Counted from the first letter of the stretch, positions 35,103 to 45,919 are shown. The stretch is DNA of 61,130 nucleotides from a virus (IMGVR_UViG_3300032050_000140:1-61130), one strand, 5' to 3'. Notes: a model not told the origin generated them from the letters alone. Translations and numbers: made by a program.

Positions 35103-36611
35103 TTAAATTCCTAAACCTAATGGATCACTTTTTGTTGATTGAATATTATCTCCCTTCTTATAAGTGCCTGGTAATGTATAATTATTTAACTTGAAGAAGT
35201 CATTCTTACCTGAATTATAAATAGATGTAGGTAAGTTTTTTTGTTTATCCATTCCTTTAATGTATGGAGCTAGTCCATCTGCTGAATATACTCTTATTTT
35301 TTTAGCTTTTGGGTCATTAACAAAAGTTTTAGATCTTTCATCATAAGCTCTTTTAGATACAACAACATAGTTCTTTCCACTTGAATCAATACCATTATCA
35401 AAATTATATTGATCTTGATCTAATGATGAAAAGTCTCCCTGCTCTAATGCCTTGTTTGCTGTTATATATGCAGACACAGCAAAATCATCAGTTTTGGTAG
35501 AGCCACCGCCACCGCCACCGCCGCCACCAGTACCTCTGTACTGTGGTTCATCAAACTCAACCTTTCTCTCTAATCTTGATTTTATTCTGTCTATTGTAGC
35601 ATCATTTGCTTTTTTAACTTGACTATTTGTTAGTATAGGTTGATATACACCTTGTTCATCTTGAGTAGAAAATATCATTTTATCTTTCTGGTCATTAATG
35701 AATTTGGTTAATTCATCACCACTTAAAGTAGGTTTGTTGTATTGAGTTCTAAATTGGTTTTCTTTAGCTACTCTATCTTCTATTTTAGCATTTAATTCTT
35801 TATCGCTATAATAAAAATCATAATCACCATCAGTGTTATCAGTTAAAACACCTGCAATTGCTCTAGGATTGTTTAATATAGCTTTACTTAAATCAAACAT
35901 CATGCGTTCTACAGCTGGGTTTAATAGTGGATCAGTTGTAGTTTTTCTTCCTTCTTCTTCAAGCCAAGAAGCTATTCCTTTTGTCTTTTCATCAACTATG
36001 GCATCTAAATCAATTCTATCGTCAAGTATATTCCCAGGTTTACCAATAGCCCTTAAATCCATAATACTTGAAGGGTCAAATAATCCATTGCTGCCTAACT
36101 CTCCAATTATAAAATTTCCATTAGAGTCATCAATGTCAGTTACTTTATTTCTTAAATTGGCTAATTCAGCAATTCTATTATTAATACTTAACTCAAAAGC
36201 TGAGCCCTTTCCTTCTTGTTGTCTTTTTAATGCTTCTTGTATTTGTGCATCAAATGTCTTAGTAGTATTGGCAAAAGTAGACCAAGAAGATTTTAGATTA
36301 TTTATTAAATTTTTATATTGAATAGGTTTAAGTTCTCCAGATTTCAATTTTTTATTCCATTCAAATATTTTATTTCTAGCTTTATCTGATCCAGCTAGTA
36401 TTAGTTGATCGTAAGTTTGAGTTTTACCTAGTTCTGTATTTTGAATAATCTCTGCGTTATCCGTAGCCAATTTGTCAAGAGCCTGACGTTCAGCCTCTCT
36501 TGATTCACCAATACCTGTAATGGTCTTAACTAATCCACCAGTGAGCGTAGCCCAATCAATTGGGTTATCGGCTGGTATAAATCCTGTATATTCGTTGTAT
36601 CTGCTTGCCAT
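35103..36611 (-). CDS. Putative internal virion protein
   Basis: 502 aa; position between small and giant internal proteins; poly-Gly linker. Confidence 0.6.
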   Translation of the reverse strand: MASRYNEYTGFIPADNPIDWATLTGGLVKTITGIGESREAERQALDKLATDNAEIIQNTELGKTQTYDQLILAGSDKARNKIFEWNKKLKSGELKPIQYKNLINNLKSSWSTFANTTKTFDAQIQEALKRQQEGKGSAFELSINNRIAELANLRNKVTDIDDSNGNFIIGELGSNGLFDPSSIMDLRAIGKPGNILDDRIDLDAIVDEKTKGIASWLEEEGRKTTTDPLLNPAVERMMFDLSKAILNNPRAIAGVLTDNTDGDYDFYYSDKELNAKIEDRVAKENQFRTQYNKPTLSGDELTKFINDQKDKMIFSTQDEQGVYQPILTNSQVKKANDATIDRIKSRLERKVEFDEPQYRGTGGGGGGGGGSTKTDDFAVSAYITANKALEQGDFSSLDQDQYNFDNGIDSSGKNYVVVSKRAYDERSKTFVNDPKAKKIRVYSADGLAPYIKGMDKQKNLPTSIYNSGKNDFFKLNNYTLPGTYKKGDNIQSTKSDPLGLGI

Positions 36612-36614
36612 TTT

Positions 36615-37259
36615 TTAAGGTTGTTGTTCAATTGGGCTCATAAATTGACTCATATATGGATTTGTCACTTTGTTAGTAGTCCAATTAGCATTTTTAGCAT
36701 ATTGTTGTTGCTTATACAAAGGAACTAGGCCAGCAGCACTAGTCAAAGCAGTTCCAGCAGAACCGAACATACCTTGAATGGCTTTATTACGTCTATTCTC
36801 AGCGTCAGCTCTTCGCGTTTGTTCGCTTATGAGTTGATTAGTCCCTATCATAAATTCACGCTCTGCTTTTCTAGCATCAACAGCTTGTCTACCAGCAGCC
36901 CTTTCAAGTTCAATTTGAGTTTGAATTTCAGCTTGTTTAGCTGCTCGATCTAAATCTGCTTGTGCTGTTGCGGCAACAATATTTCCTACACTACCAATAA
37001 CTCCCTCAGCACCTGCGCCTTTAGATGCCTCTATTGCTTGTGTTGTTGCTTGAGCTTGTCCTTGTTGAGCCAACTCAAATCCCAAAGTGGGAACTTGTAC
37101 TCTTCCATAAAAATCAGACTCTTTGATATTTTTCAAAAGATTTTGAACTTGTTTTGCTGATTCTGAATATGTTTTCATATCTTTATTAGCTTTAATAGCT
37201 TGAGCTGCACTCAAACCTAATCCACCTAAAGCCACCATTGTGCCTGTTACTGCTGCCAT
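36615..37259 (-). CDS. Putative internal virion (pilot/ejection) protein
   Basis: Likely start ATG 37259 (MAAVTGTMVALGGLGLSAAQ); Ala/Gln-rich with hydrophobic N-terminus. Confidence 0.65.
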   Translation of the reverse strand: MAAVTGTMVALGGLGLSAAQAIKANKDMKTYSESAKQVQNLLKNIKESDFYGRVQVPTLGFELAQQGQAQATTQAIEASKGAGAEGVIGSVGNIVAATAQADLDRAAKQAEIQTQIELERAAGRQAVDARKAEREFMIGTNQLISEQTRRADAENRRNKAIQGMFGSAGTALTSAAGLVPLYKQQQYAKNANWTTNKVTNPYMSQFMSPIEQQP

Positions 37260-37260
37260 G

Positions 37261-37662
37261 TTATAATATTTTAACCATTTCTTGGCAATTGCTGTCACCC
37301 TTTTGGAATCCACAATTGCTATATCTATCAATCAGACTTTTGCTTTTTAGTGATGTATAAACATATTTAAAATCACCAGTTTCTTTAATAATGTCAGTCA
37401 ATACATTTATAAGAAACTCAAGAGCGTCATGCCTGTCATTTTCCCTATAATGAAAGTTCGAAACTATAAATTCTATCCAAGCTGTTTTTGAGTTTGTAAA
37501 GTAAACAAATCCAGCACAAATCTCAACACCATCTTTGTAAACCATTACACCGCCCTTACCGTTTTGTGGCAACATATCAGCTGGCGGAGGTGTCCACCTC
37601 CAATCCTTCCACCATGATGATAATGTATTATAATCATCATCATTTAAGAATCGAACTTCCAT
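37261..37662 (-). CDS. GNAT-fold acetyltransferase-like virion assembly protein
   Basis: Likely start 37662; CAGFVY.TNS..AWIEFIVSN, LI.RY...GF; sits between nozzle and internal proteins. Confidence 0.6.
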   Translation of the reverse strand: MEVRFLNDDDYNTLSSWWKDWRWTPPPADMLPQNGKGGVMVYKDGVEICAGFVYFTNSKTAWIEFIVSNFHYRENDRHDALEFLINVLTDIIKETGDFKYVYTSLKSKSLIDRYSNCGFQKGDSNCQEMVKIL

Positions 37663-37670
37663 ATACAAAT

Positions 37671-38972
37671 TTACAGAAAACTTTTGAATACTGAAGTTCC
37701 TATGGCAAACAATTTAACTTGCTCTATTGAATCGTTATAAAGATATACATTCATGTAGTATCCTCTTGTACCGAATGATTCAGCTTGACTGTTCTTAACA
37801 CATATCAAAAAGTCAGTAATTAATGGAACATTCCCAATGGTCGTGTCAATAGTAATTGAATTAATAGAAAGATCTACTATTGTACCAACAAGAATTAAAT
37901 TGCTTCCTGAATTTTTATACAAAAGATCACCAATACTTATTGATGAGTCTATATTAAAAGAGAAGTCTGCTACAACAGCAGATGGTGTTGTTGAATCAAC
38001 ATTGCTAGCAGAACCAACTCCTTGAGTAGATAGTGCTTTTACATCGATTGTATTGTCAAATCGTCTTATATAAGCAAACCATTGACCTTCCTTTTCTACA
38101 AAGTAAGTATAATCAATTGTACCTGCACTTATATTGGTATATAGATCAGCAGTCCAAGGATGAGTGCTGTTTAGAGACAAAGTGTTGAATACCTTAACTG
38201 TAAGCGGATCATTATTAAAAATTGTTCTTACGCTTGATTGGTATTGTTGTCCGTAAAAATTATTTCTAGTTGTATTGACATTATGCTGCCACAACTCACC
38301 ATTCTTAAATGTATAAAATATACTATTCATTTCAGTCATCCAATCAGGTTGATAAGACCAAAAAGAATTCCATCCTTCAGCAACTTTTGAATATGTTATT
38401 GTTCTTCTAGGGGTACATTCTTCTATGTCAAATGCTGAAAAATATGTTGTGTCGCCATTATTTACCCAATTGCCTATTGGACATTCTACATCTTCTGCTA
38501 ATGTCCATAACTCATCACCTAAATAAATACCCATTATCCATATAACTCCACCCCATGCAATTGTTAGAGTTTGCTCTGTTATAGGTTCTACAACAAATGA
38601 TTCAAAGATACTACCCTCTTCAATTGTATAAGTTCCGAAAGGGCAAGGGGTGTTGGAGGATAGTGTAGCTCCCAAACTATAATCAATAAGCCAATATCCC
38701 TCTACAGGAAACCAAGATAAAATACTTGCATCTAAAGAAGGAATTATATAAACATTCTTACCATTAGATTCACCATCTTTCTCCACCTCCACCGTAACAG
38801 GCTCTTCACCTATTAATTGATATGTAACACTAATCGTGTCGCACCCTGAGCTCTCTACTGGCGCACTAAACTCATAATAATTCTTACCATTTAGTACGCC
38901 AGTAGCAGTTACCTCTATTGACACAGGCTCTTGACCTATTGGGGTGTAGTTTATTTTTATACAATCACACAT
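37671..38972 (-). CDS. Tail nozzle/stabilisation protein, C-terminal partner, with extra N-terminal modules
   Basis: TITYS....GW.SFWSY.P.WM....S.FYTFK.GELW.H...NNFYG...FN..P...KVF..L pattern of the nozzle C-terminal region. Confidence 0.65.
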   Translation of the reverse strand: MCDCIKINYTPIGQEPVSIEVTATGVLNGKNYYEFSAPVESSGCDTISVTYQLIGEEPVTVEVEKDGESNGKNVYIIPSLDASILSWFPVEGYWLIDYSLGATLSSNTPCPFGTYTIEEGSIFESFVVEPITEQTLTIAWGGVIWIMGIYLGDELWTLAEDVECPIGNWVNNGDTTYFSAFDIEECTPRRTITYSKVAEGWNSFWSYQPDWMTEMNSIFYTFKNGELWQHNVNTTRNNFYGQQYQSSVRTIFNNDPLTVKVFNTLSLNSTHPWTADLYTNISAGTIDYTYFVEKEGQWFAYIRRFDNTIDVKALSTQGVGSASNVDSTTPSAVVADFSFNIDSSISIGDLLYKNSGSNLILVGTIVDLSINSITIDTTIGNVPLITDFLICVKNSQAESFGTRGYYMNVYLYNDSIEQVKLFAIGTSVFKSFL

Positions 38973-38981
38973 ATTACAAAA

Positions 38982-41900
38982 TTATAAATCTTCTTCAGGT
39001 GGTGGAGGCAATATAAATCCATTTTGAGTCAACGTAAATGTAGCTGTCAAACCATCACAATATTCAACTACAAAGTCAACACTTCTTACTGATTCAGTTT
39101 CATTACTGTCAATATTAGCATATATATCTTGATCACCATAGCCCAGTTCTGTTACTAAATCAATCCAATCAGTACCATCACCAGTATCTTCAAGTGTAAT
39201 AGTCCAATATGTACTAGATAAAATACTAAACATAAAGAAGGGATCTCCGTATGTATTCCATCCTTTAGTTAAAGCAGTTTGACTTAATGACAAATTACAA
39301 ATTTCTTGTTCTGCATCAGTAAATGCTAAAACATAAGTTTCATTGTAAGGATCATACATTCCAAGTTTTTGAGTGTTTGGATTATCTTTCAACTCATCTC
39401 TAAAATAGTTCTTCATACCATTTGCTGATATTTCCATAACTTGATCACCTGTCATTTGTAATACAGCTCCTCTTCTTGCATCTGTAAAGAAAACTATGTT
39501 GGCAAACTTGGCAAAACTTTCAGGATTATTACTTATACCATATTCAGATGGATGAACAATTTGATTACCTAATACTTCAGGAACAGAAGCAACTTGACCA
39601 CCACCAACAGCATCTACCAACAAGTTTTTTCCATAAAGAACTGACGTTATTTTGTCTTGCTGTAATACCATTAAGTTGGTATCTAATGCGTACAACTTCT
39701 GTATCGGACCGTATTGCTTATCTAAATTCTTAAAGTTTGCTTGAGATAAATTAAATGAGTTTAATCGATTGGTTGATGTATCACCTTTATATATACCACT
39801 ATAACAAAGTGATGCAATTTTATCTTCCTGCTTATAGTCCTCAATAACACTTGTTGCTCTTGGACTATATTTCATAGTAGGTCTCAAGAAGTTATCGTAA
39901 ATTCTATATGACTCAACACCATTACCAAAAGCAAAAGCGTTGAAATCTGAGTTGTCTGACGTTACATTATTAAGTTCAACTATGAGTGGATCACCATTAT
40001 TAAAATCTTGGTCTGATTCCCATTGTTTATAATATACTTTACCTGGTGTTACAGGGCCAATTCCAGGAAAAGCAAGATCTATAACTATAGCATAATTAGT
40101 TACATATAATATAGTGTATTCACCACTAATAGGGCCTACTATAGGTGGAGTTATGTCTGAATTCTGTACCCATACTTTTTCACCAACATTAAATGAATGC
40201 ATTAAATCAGTTGATGTAGGTAAGTTAGGGTTTGCTGGACCTAATACTGTTTTACCTGATGCTTCTGGAACAGTTGGAAACACAGATCCACCTTCAGTAA
40301 AGTCAACATAAGGCCACGAAACCATGTGATTACCATTTTCTATTCGATAAGTCTTACGCATTTCGTAAAATATATCAATATCTGATTCTAATGGTACTGT
40401 TTCAGCTGATAATTGAACTGTAGGTGTCTGTGTAATAGATATTTCGCATAATATTTCATTCCTATTACAAATATATTTATCTCCAATTCCCCTAATTAAC
40501 ATACATAATACCCCATTGTCAGGATCTTCTAGTATGTAATTTGATGTAGGATTTCCAGTTACTAAAGGAACAGTTCCGTTTTGTGATCTTCTAAACATTA
40601 TATTATTAGCAGATGTAACTAAATTATCGCTAGAATCTTTATACTTGAATGATTGATATGCTCCTGACTTCCAAAACCATTCTTCTAAATTCTTATAATA
40701 ATTATCAGATACCCAATTATTAGTTTGGTTTCTAATTGGATCATTGGAATTGGGTGGAGTGTCTCTTATTATATTTATGTTAATGTTTGCACCAGGATAT
40801 ATTGGCCCATTAAATGGCAATATTGCATGCCCTCCATAATCATCTGGATCATAAGCTACTAATTCAGCACTACTATTTACTGGAATACCGCTTCCATAAG
40901 GAAATTGAGAAGTATATGCATCTATTACAGTTGATAATCTATAATCACTTACTGTATCCAATACTTTAAAATTTGCTCTTGCATTAAAAACATATATATC
41001 CCCTATATTGTAATTTCCACTATCAAATGTTAATTCAAATTCATAAACATTTAAAGTGATAGTATATGAAGATGTTGATACAGGTATTAAATATGGACCA
41101 TTCCATCCACTATCAGCATCTGGTGTAGTTGTCCATTGAAAATGTGTTCCAATATTTGTTGGATTAGATGGATCTGGAAGTATTTTTATTGATATTCTGT
41201 AATCTTTTGCCAAATACGAACTTGATAGATATGAAATACTTATATTTATATTTGGTGCATTATTTTGATTTGGATATATTAATGTATTATCACCATTGTT
41301 AGCATAATAGGCATATTCAAATTTTACAGAATTTGATCTATTTCTTACTGGTGTAACCGTTTCGTCTCCATCTACACAAGCACTAGGTCTAGGCCCTCTA
41401 CCACCTTGATATGTATAATATGTTTGAGATTGAGGATTATCTAAAAACACATCAGCTGGATCAGCCTTAATCTTAAAATATAATCCAGCAGTTGAAAAAG
41501 GTGATGTTGCATCTTTATATTCTAACTCAAGTACTTTGAATTGCTTGTTTGAATAAGTAGCTATGCCATTTGATGTTTTAAATATTATATATCCACCAAC
41601 TGTTATTTTATCTCTGTCGGATTCATTTATTAGAAAATATCTAAATACACCATCAGCAATAAATAATCTTGGAAATATATTATAATAATCACCTTGGGCT
41701 TGCTTTATTGCAAATCTATAGTTAGTGGCCCAAAATGGAGGCTCATTATTCAATGTTACTTCAATTGAATTTGCTTTATCTGAGTTTAAAGAAGGTATGT
41801 ATAGTGTGTTTTCTTTACTAGTTAACGCAGTAGTCATTCTACCATATTCATCAAGATAGATGATACCAATCTCATAATCACGATCACTCCTGAATGTTTT

Positions 41901-43028
41901 TTTAGGTTCAGTTGTTATAGACTCATCTCTAAGAATTAATGTATAATCAGGAACTATTTTTATACCATTAGCATTTACAATATCTCTAAATTGAACATAG
42001 TTTCCATAAACAAGTCTATTCCCTATTATCTCTTGAGCTTTTGCACTTAATGGAACATTGTCAAATAGTCTAGTTACCTCACTCGACTCTAAAGGAGTAT
42101 ATATTTTATTAGCACTAAAAGGTATAGTGTATCTATCATTGTCATTTATTTGTATATCAGCTTTATTATAGTTGTCTATTATATATACATTTAATCTGTA
42201 AGTATCAAAGTAAAGTAATTGAATTTGCTCAACAAACTCATTACCAGTATCAACAGTTACATCTACTTTATTATACTTATTCAACATTCCTTTGTTGTCG
42301 CCTGTGTTATAATCATAAGCAAATCCGCTTGCATGAAAAGCAACAGATGAAAAAGGAGATAGTGAACTATATTGATTGTCTTTATACTTAAATCGATATG
42401 AAAAGTATATAAACTTATCTTGAATGTTGTTTGATGTTTCTATTTCTGAATTAAAACTTAAATCAATCTTCGGACTATATAATGGCGGTCTTAAAATTAC
42501 ATTAATATCCTCAACAATTCTAGGATCGTCAGTAATATAACTTTTAGATCTTGCAATATTTATTCTTCTTGGAGGATTTAATCCATCCGTCCAATATATA
42601 AATGGTCCTTCATCTCTAGATACAGGAATGAAGTTTATACCAGTTACAGGATAGCTTTTGTTAAAATTCAACTGCCCTTGAGTACAAAGTAACACAATAC
42701 TAGTGAACTGATATATCTCACTGTACTCAAATATGGCATCAAATGTATCACTAGTAACCAACCAATATATTAGGTTGTCAGCCTCATAAGTCACTGCACC
42801 TATTGTTTTGGCGTTTGACCCTGTATATGTTACACCTCTACCTTCAACTAATTGTTGAATATTTGAAACTAATGTATTGCCTAGTGAATTTGATACAGCA
42901 CCTATATTAGATCCAGATGTTGTATCAATTGTTACGTTTAATGCATCGATATATTCACCATCAGGAACAAGTCTCTCATCAAGATCCTTATTCATCTTAC
43001 CTGCAATAAAAGTCTTTTTTAATTCCAT
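38982..43028 (-). CDS. Tail nozzle/stabilisation protein (P22 gp10-like, as in crAss-like/Flavobacteria podoviruses)
   Basis: GKMNKDLDERL.P.GEY.DALN, YWTDGLNPPRRIN, FDNVP..A.AQ...GNRL.YGNY, EYGIS.NPESFA, FTDA.RGAVL. Confidence 0.8.
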   Translation of the reverse strand: MELKKTFIAGKMNKDLDERLVPDGEYIDALNVTIDTTSGSNIGAVSNSLGNTLVSNIQQLVEGRGVTYTGSNAKTIGAVTYEADNLIYWLVTSDTFDAIFEYSEIYQFTSIVLLCTQGQLNFNKSYPVTGINFIPVSRDEGPFIYWTDGLNPPRRINIARSKSYITDDPRIVEDINVILRPPLYSPKIDLSFNSEIETSNNIQDKFIYFSYRFKYKDNQYSSLSPFSSVAFHASGFAYDYNTGDNKGMLNKYNKVDVTVDTGNEFVEQIQLLYFDTYRLNVYIIDNYNKADIQINDNDRYTIPFSANKIYTPLESSEVTRLFDNVPLSAKAQEIIGNRLVYGNYVQFRDIVNANGIKIVPDYTLILRDESITTEPKKTFRSDRDYEIGIIYLDEYGRMTTALTSKENTLYIPSLNSDKANSIEVTLNNEPPFWATNYRFAIKQAQGDYYNIFPRLFIADGVFRYFLINESDRDKITVGGYIIFKTSNGIATYSNKQFKVLELEYKDATSPFSTAGLYFKIKADPADVFLDNPQSQTYYTYQGGRGPRPSACVDGDETVTPVRNRSNSVKFEYAYYANNGDNTLIYPNQNNAPNINISISYLSSSYLAKDYRISIKILPDPSNPTNIGTHFQWTTTPDADSGWNGPYLIPVSTSSYTITLNVYEFELTFDSGNYNIGDIYVFNARANFKVLDTVSDYRLSTVIDAYTSQFPYGSGIPVNSSAELVAYDPDDYGGHAILPFNGPIYPGANININIIRDTPPNSNDPIRNQTNNWVSDNYYKNLEEWFWKSGAYQSFKYKDSSDNLVTSANNIMFRRSQNGTVPLVTGNPTSNYILEDPDNGVLCMLIRGIGDKYICNRNEILCEISITQTPTVQLSAETVPLESDIDIFYEMRKTYRIENGNHMVSWPYVDFTEGGSVFPTVPEASGKTVLGPANPNLPTSTDLMHSFNVGEKVWVQNSDITPPIVGPISGEYTILYVTNYAIVIDLAFPGIGPVTPGKVYYKQWESDQDFNNGDPLIVELNNVTSDNSDFNAFAFGNGVESYRIYDNFLRPTMKYSPRATSVIEDYKQEDKIASLCYSGIYKGDTSTNRLNSFNLSQANFKNLDKQYGPIQKLYALDTNLMVLQQDKITSVLYGKNLLVDAVGGGQVASVPEVLGNQIVHPSEYGISNNPESFAKFANIVFFTDARRGAVLQMTGDQVMEISANGMKNYFRDELKDNPNTQKLGMYDPYNETYVLAFTDAEQEICNLSLSQTALTKGWNTYGDPFFMFSILSSTYWTITLEDTGDGTDWIDLVTELGYGDQDIYANIDSNETESVRSVDFVVEYCDGLTATFTLTQNGFILPPPPEEDL

Positions 43029-43936
43029 TATTTTATAATTTTATCACGCCCTCTTAGTGACATAAGTAATCTTGCTGGATGTAAGTTACTCAATCTTATT
43101 TTTGTATTTCGTAAAGAAGCCGTCTTGGCTTTTTGCACTCTATTTACAATATATTCTTGAACTCCTGTTTTATTGCTAAGAACCGCCCACTTCAAATAAC
43201 TGTAAATATACTCCTCGGCTAATTTGTTGATTGTGATAAGAGAATCATCACCATTCTCCATTCCATCTGAAATGTATTCAAGAACAATGTAACCATCTTC
43301 AACGCCAGTAGAAAAATCAATTACTCCTGCTGCTTTGTTTATAGTAAACTTAGGATTTCTATTTGCTTCATCAGTAGCTAGACCATAACGTCCACCCATA
43401 TTATAACCAAAGTACCACTCACCATTATAATCCCAACCATAATGACCATTGTAAGGCCCTGGCCCTGTGTATAACTGCTTGTCAAGTCGCATCATGTCAA
43501 TCTTTGATGTACCTGTAACTACTTCACCATTTAAATCGAAAATAATATTGTAGTTATTATCTTGTAAGTATGCTGTAGCTGACAACACTGATCTATTCTC
43601 AGTTAGTTGCAAAAGAACACCTTGTCTAAGTAATGATATCCTTACATAGTTAACATAGTCAGGAGGAAGCACCATCTTTAAGCTATCATCTAAATGCAAC
43701 TCAAGCACTTTTATGTTTCTTAATGCGTCATAGTTAATCTCTTGAATAGCTCTCTTTGCATGAAATAAGACAGTGTATCGCTCAACATTATTGACAAGTT
43801 TATCGTTACCAACATACATCAACATGAAGTTGTTAACTATATCCGCAAGGCTAACATATTGATATGAACCCCAATTCGTATCTTCAGGTATTATACCATT
43901 GTTAGTATAATATTGATAGTTAGTAATGTATGCCAT
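43028..43936 (-). CDS. Tail ring/adaptor structural protein
   Basis: LPPDYVNYVRI, YISDG, EYIYSYLK motifs; position after the capsid genes. Confidence 0.7.
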   Translation of the reverse strand: MAYITNYQYYTNNGIIPEDTNWGSYQYVSLADIVNNFMLMYVGNDKLVNNVERYTVLFHAKRAIQEINYDALRNIKVLELHLDDSLKMVLPPDYVNYVRISLLRQGVLLQLTENRSVLSATAYLQDNNYNIIFDLNGEVVTGTSKIDMMRLDKQLYTGPGPYNGHYGWDYNGEWYFGYNMGGRYGLATDEANRNPKFTINKAAGVIDFSTGVEDGYIVLEYISDGMENGDDSLITINKLAEEYIYSYLKWAVLSNKTGVQEYIVNRVQKAKTASLRNTKIRLSNLHPARLLMSLRGRDKIIK

Positions 43937-43939
43937 TTA

Positions 43940-44650
43940 TTATTGTTTTTGTTGTATTTCTTGTAGCTCTTCAGCCTTAGCCGCTGCTATAACTTCTTGC
44001 TCTCTAATCGACACGCCAGCATATTGTAATATCTTAACCACCAAATCAGAGAAGTCACTCATAGGCATTTCAAAGTCTTGATAGTCCAAAGCTGATGGGT
44101 TAAATAGTGGATCTCCACCAACAGAAGTATATGTCCACTTAGGCTCTTTTGGATACCTTAAATAGTGAGCATCTACATTTGCTGTTATTGTATTAGGATA
44201 AACCATGAAGTTAGATCTTGATGTAGTTGTACCATCATTATCCATCAATGTATAAACAGGGTAAGCAACAGATGGAGCGGTTAAATTTGAAGTTAATAAA
44301 TAAAGGACTTTCTGTTGACTAACTTTCTCTATTTCCTTATTATTTAAAACTAGTTTTTGAATGAAATAGCTATCTGATGGTGCTTCAAAATATGGTGCTG
44401 TATAAGTTAATGTGTCTACCTTATAAAAGGTATCCAAAACTTCAGATAATTTTTTAGGTACGTCAGAATATCCTTCACCATGCATTCTTTGATTTTGCTT
44501 GATAATCGCATTGCTGTATAGATAGATATATCGTTCAAATACCTCTAACTGTGCCTGCTTGGCATATAGGTTGAACTCAAATGGTGTGATGTATCCCCTA
44601 TTGTCTTTCGCTAATATAGACAGAACTGTATTTCTAACTTCGTTTATCAT
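43940..44650 (-). CDS. Head-tail adaptor/ring protein
   Basis: V..IL.KDNRGYITP.EFN.YA.QAQ, YLRYPKEPKW. Confidence 0.7.
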   Translation of the reverse strand: MINEVRNTVLSILAKDNRGYITPFEFNLYAKQAQLEVFERYIYLYSNAIIKQNQRMHGEGYSDVPKKLSEVLDTFYKVDTLTYTAPYFEAPSDSYFIQKLVLNNKEIEKVSQQKVLYLLTSNLTAPSVAYPVYTLMDNDGTTTSRSNFMVYPNTITANVDAHYLRYPKEPKWTYTSVGGDPLFNPSALDYQDFEMPMSDFSDLVVKILQYAGVSIREQEVIAAAKAEELQEIQQKQ

Positions 44651-44666
44651 ACTTACAAAGATAAAT

Positions 44667-44693
44667 AAAAAAAGGCACTTACAATAAGTGCCT
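44667..44693 (-). terminator. Rho-independent terminator
   Basis: AGGCACTTA-caa-TAAGTGCCT stem with T-run on - strand. Confidence 0.75.
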
Positions 44694-44717
44694 CTTCCTT
44701 TCTAGTTTGATAAATTA

Positions 44718-45038
44718 TTAAGCGATAGCTACAGATGTAATCAATTGTTGAGTTGCACCAACCAATGGTAATGCAGGAACAATGATAGCATCAGGATTTG
44801 AAGCTGCACTATTAGCTAAAGCCAATGCATTAACTACAGCATAGTGAGATGCGTAACTAGCATCAGCAGTAGTAAATGTAATCGTAATTACATCAGCAGT
44901 AGCAACACCACCAATAGCAGTAAGTACTAATGTTGATGTAGATGGCATTGTAATTAAATAATCAGCGTTAGCTGATATTAATGCCTTTGGAAGTGCATCA
45001 GCAGCTCCAATTGTAAATTGCAAAAATTTTCTGTTCAT
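44718..45038 (-). CDS. Small Ala/Thr-rich structural protein
   Basis: 106 aa; has its own -7 box (45076-45069) and terminator. Confidence 0.65.
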   Translation of the reverse strand: MNRKFLQFTIGAADALPKALISANADYLITMPSTSTLVLTAIGGVATADVITITFTTADASYASHYAVVNALALANSAASNPDAIIVPALPLVGATQQLITSVAIA

Positions 45039-45076
45039 TTTAAAACGTTTTAAAAGTTAGTAACGATGCAAATATA

Positions 45077-45856
45077 CTAATTATTTGATAATTTATCGTC
45101 TAAGAACTGATACAGCTCAATGCCAGCATCAGACTGTAAATATGAAGCTAAAACAGATGTAGCATTATCACCAAATGGAATGGTCAATAATTTCTTTTTG
45201 TTTTCTTTTAAATTGAAATACAAATCTTTACCATGATTCTTTAAAACCAAATAACCATCAGATAAAGCTCTAGCTGCAATATTGTTTATTTTTAATGATG
45301 GATCATTTACGGCCTCCAAGAAATCTTGCGGATACCTCTTAGCATAAATCATCATATCTCTTTTAATTTCAGAACTACTCATTTTATCAACTTGTCCACC
45401 AACTAAAATACGAGCTACTGCTTCTAATGTATTAAAGTCATTTGCAGCCAAATCTCTAGCGGCCAACTGTGCATCAAGTTCTGAGTACATTGATTGAATA
45501 TCTTCTTCAGCATCTTTTTCATTGTCAAATTCAAAAAACTCACTTCCATTTCCAGGATGATAATGTAAGAATTGTTGTAATACTGGATTAGTTCTAGGAA
45601 CTGTTAAAACACCATCTTCAAATACAATTGGTTCAACAATTACATTTTGATCTTGCTCTTCCTGAAAAGGAGTATTTGAATTTCGAGCGTAACGAAGTGG
45701 GTGATTTGTATTTGTTTCTGTACAATAGTAAAGTAAACGTTGTCTAGGTGTATCCTTTGAAGCTATATAATAAGACAAAGGAGATTGATTGTTTCGCAGA
45801 ATATAAGTTCTGTCTTTTGGTTCGAGGTTTACCCTCTTAATTTGTAATTTTTCCAT
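45077..45856 (-). CDS. Conserved protein downstream of the major capsid gene
   Basis: Likely start ATG 45856; LRYARN..TPF.EEQ, PIVFEDG.L.V, FL..HP.NG. Confidence 0.75.
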   Translation of the reverse strand: MEKLQIKRVNLEPKDRTYILRNNQSPLSYYIASKDTPRQRLLYYCTETNTNHPLRYARNSNTPFQEEQDQNVIVEPIVFEDGVLTVPRTNPVLQQFLHYHPGNGSEFFEFDNEKDAEEDIQSMYSELDAQLAARDLAANDFNTLEAVARILVGGQVDKMSSSEIKRDMMIYAKRYPQDFLEAVNDPSLKINNIAARALSDGYLVLKNHGKDLYFNLKENKKKLLTIPFGDNATSVLASYLQSDAGIELYQFLDDKLSNN

Positions 45857-45875
45857 TTTATATAATTTAAATTTT

Positions 45876-45909
45876 AAAAAAATAGAGAGGGACACTAATG
45901 CCCCTCTCT
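45876..45909 (-). terminator. Terminator after the major capsid gene
   Basis: AGAGAGGG(A)CA-ctaa-TG(C)CCCTCTCT stem with T-run on - strand. Confidence 0.65.
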
Positions 45910-45919
45910 GTATTTATTC

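Noticed and set aside
35501-35530. GC-rich (CCG/CCA)n tract
   Set aside because: Encodes a poly-Gly linker in the 502-aa protein.
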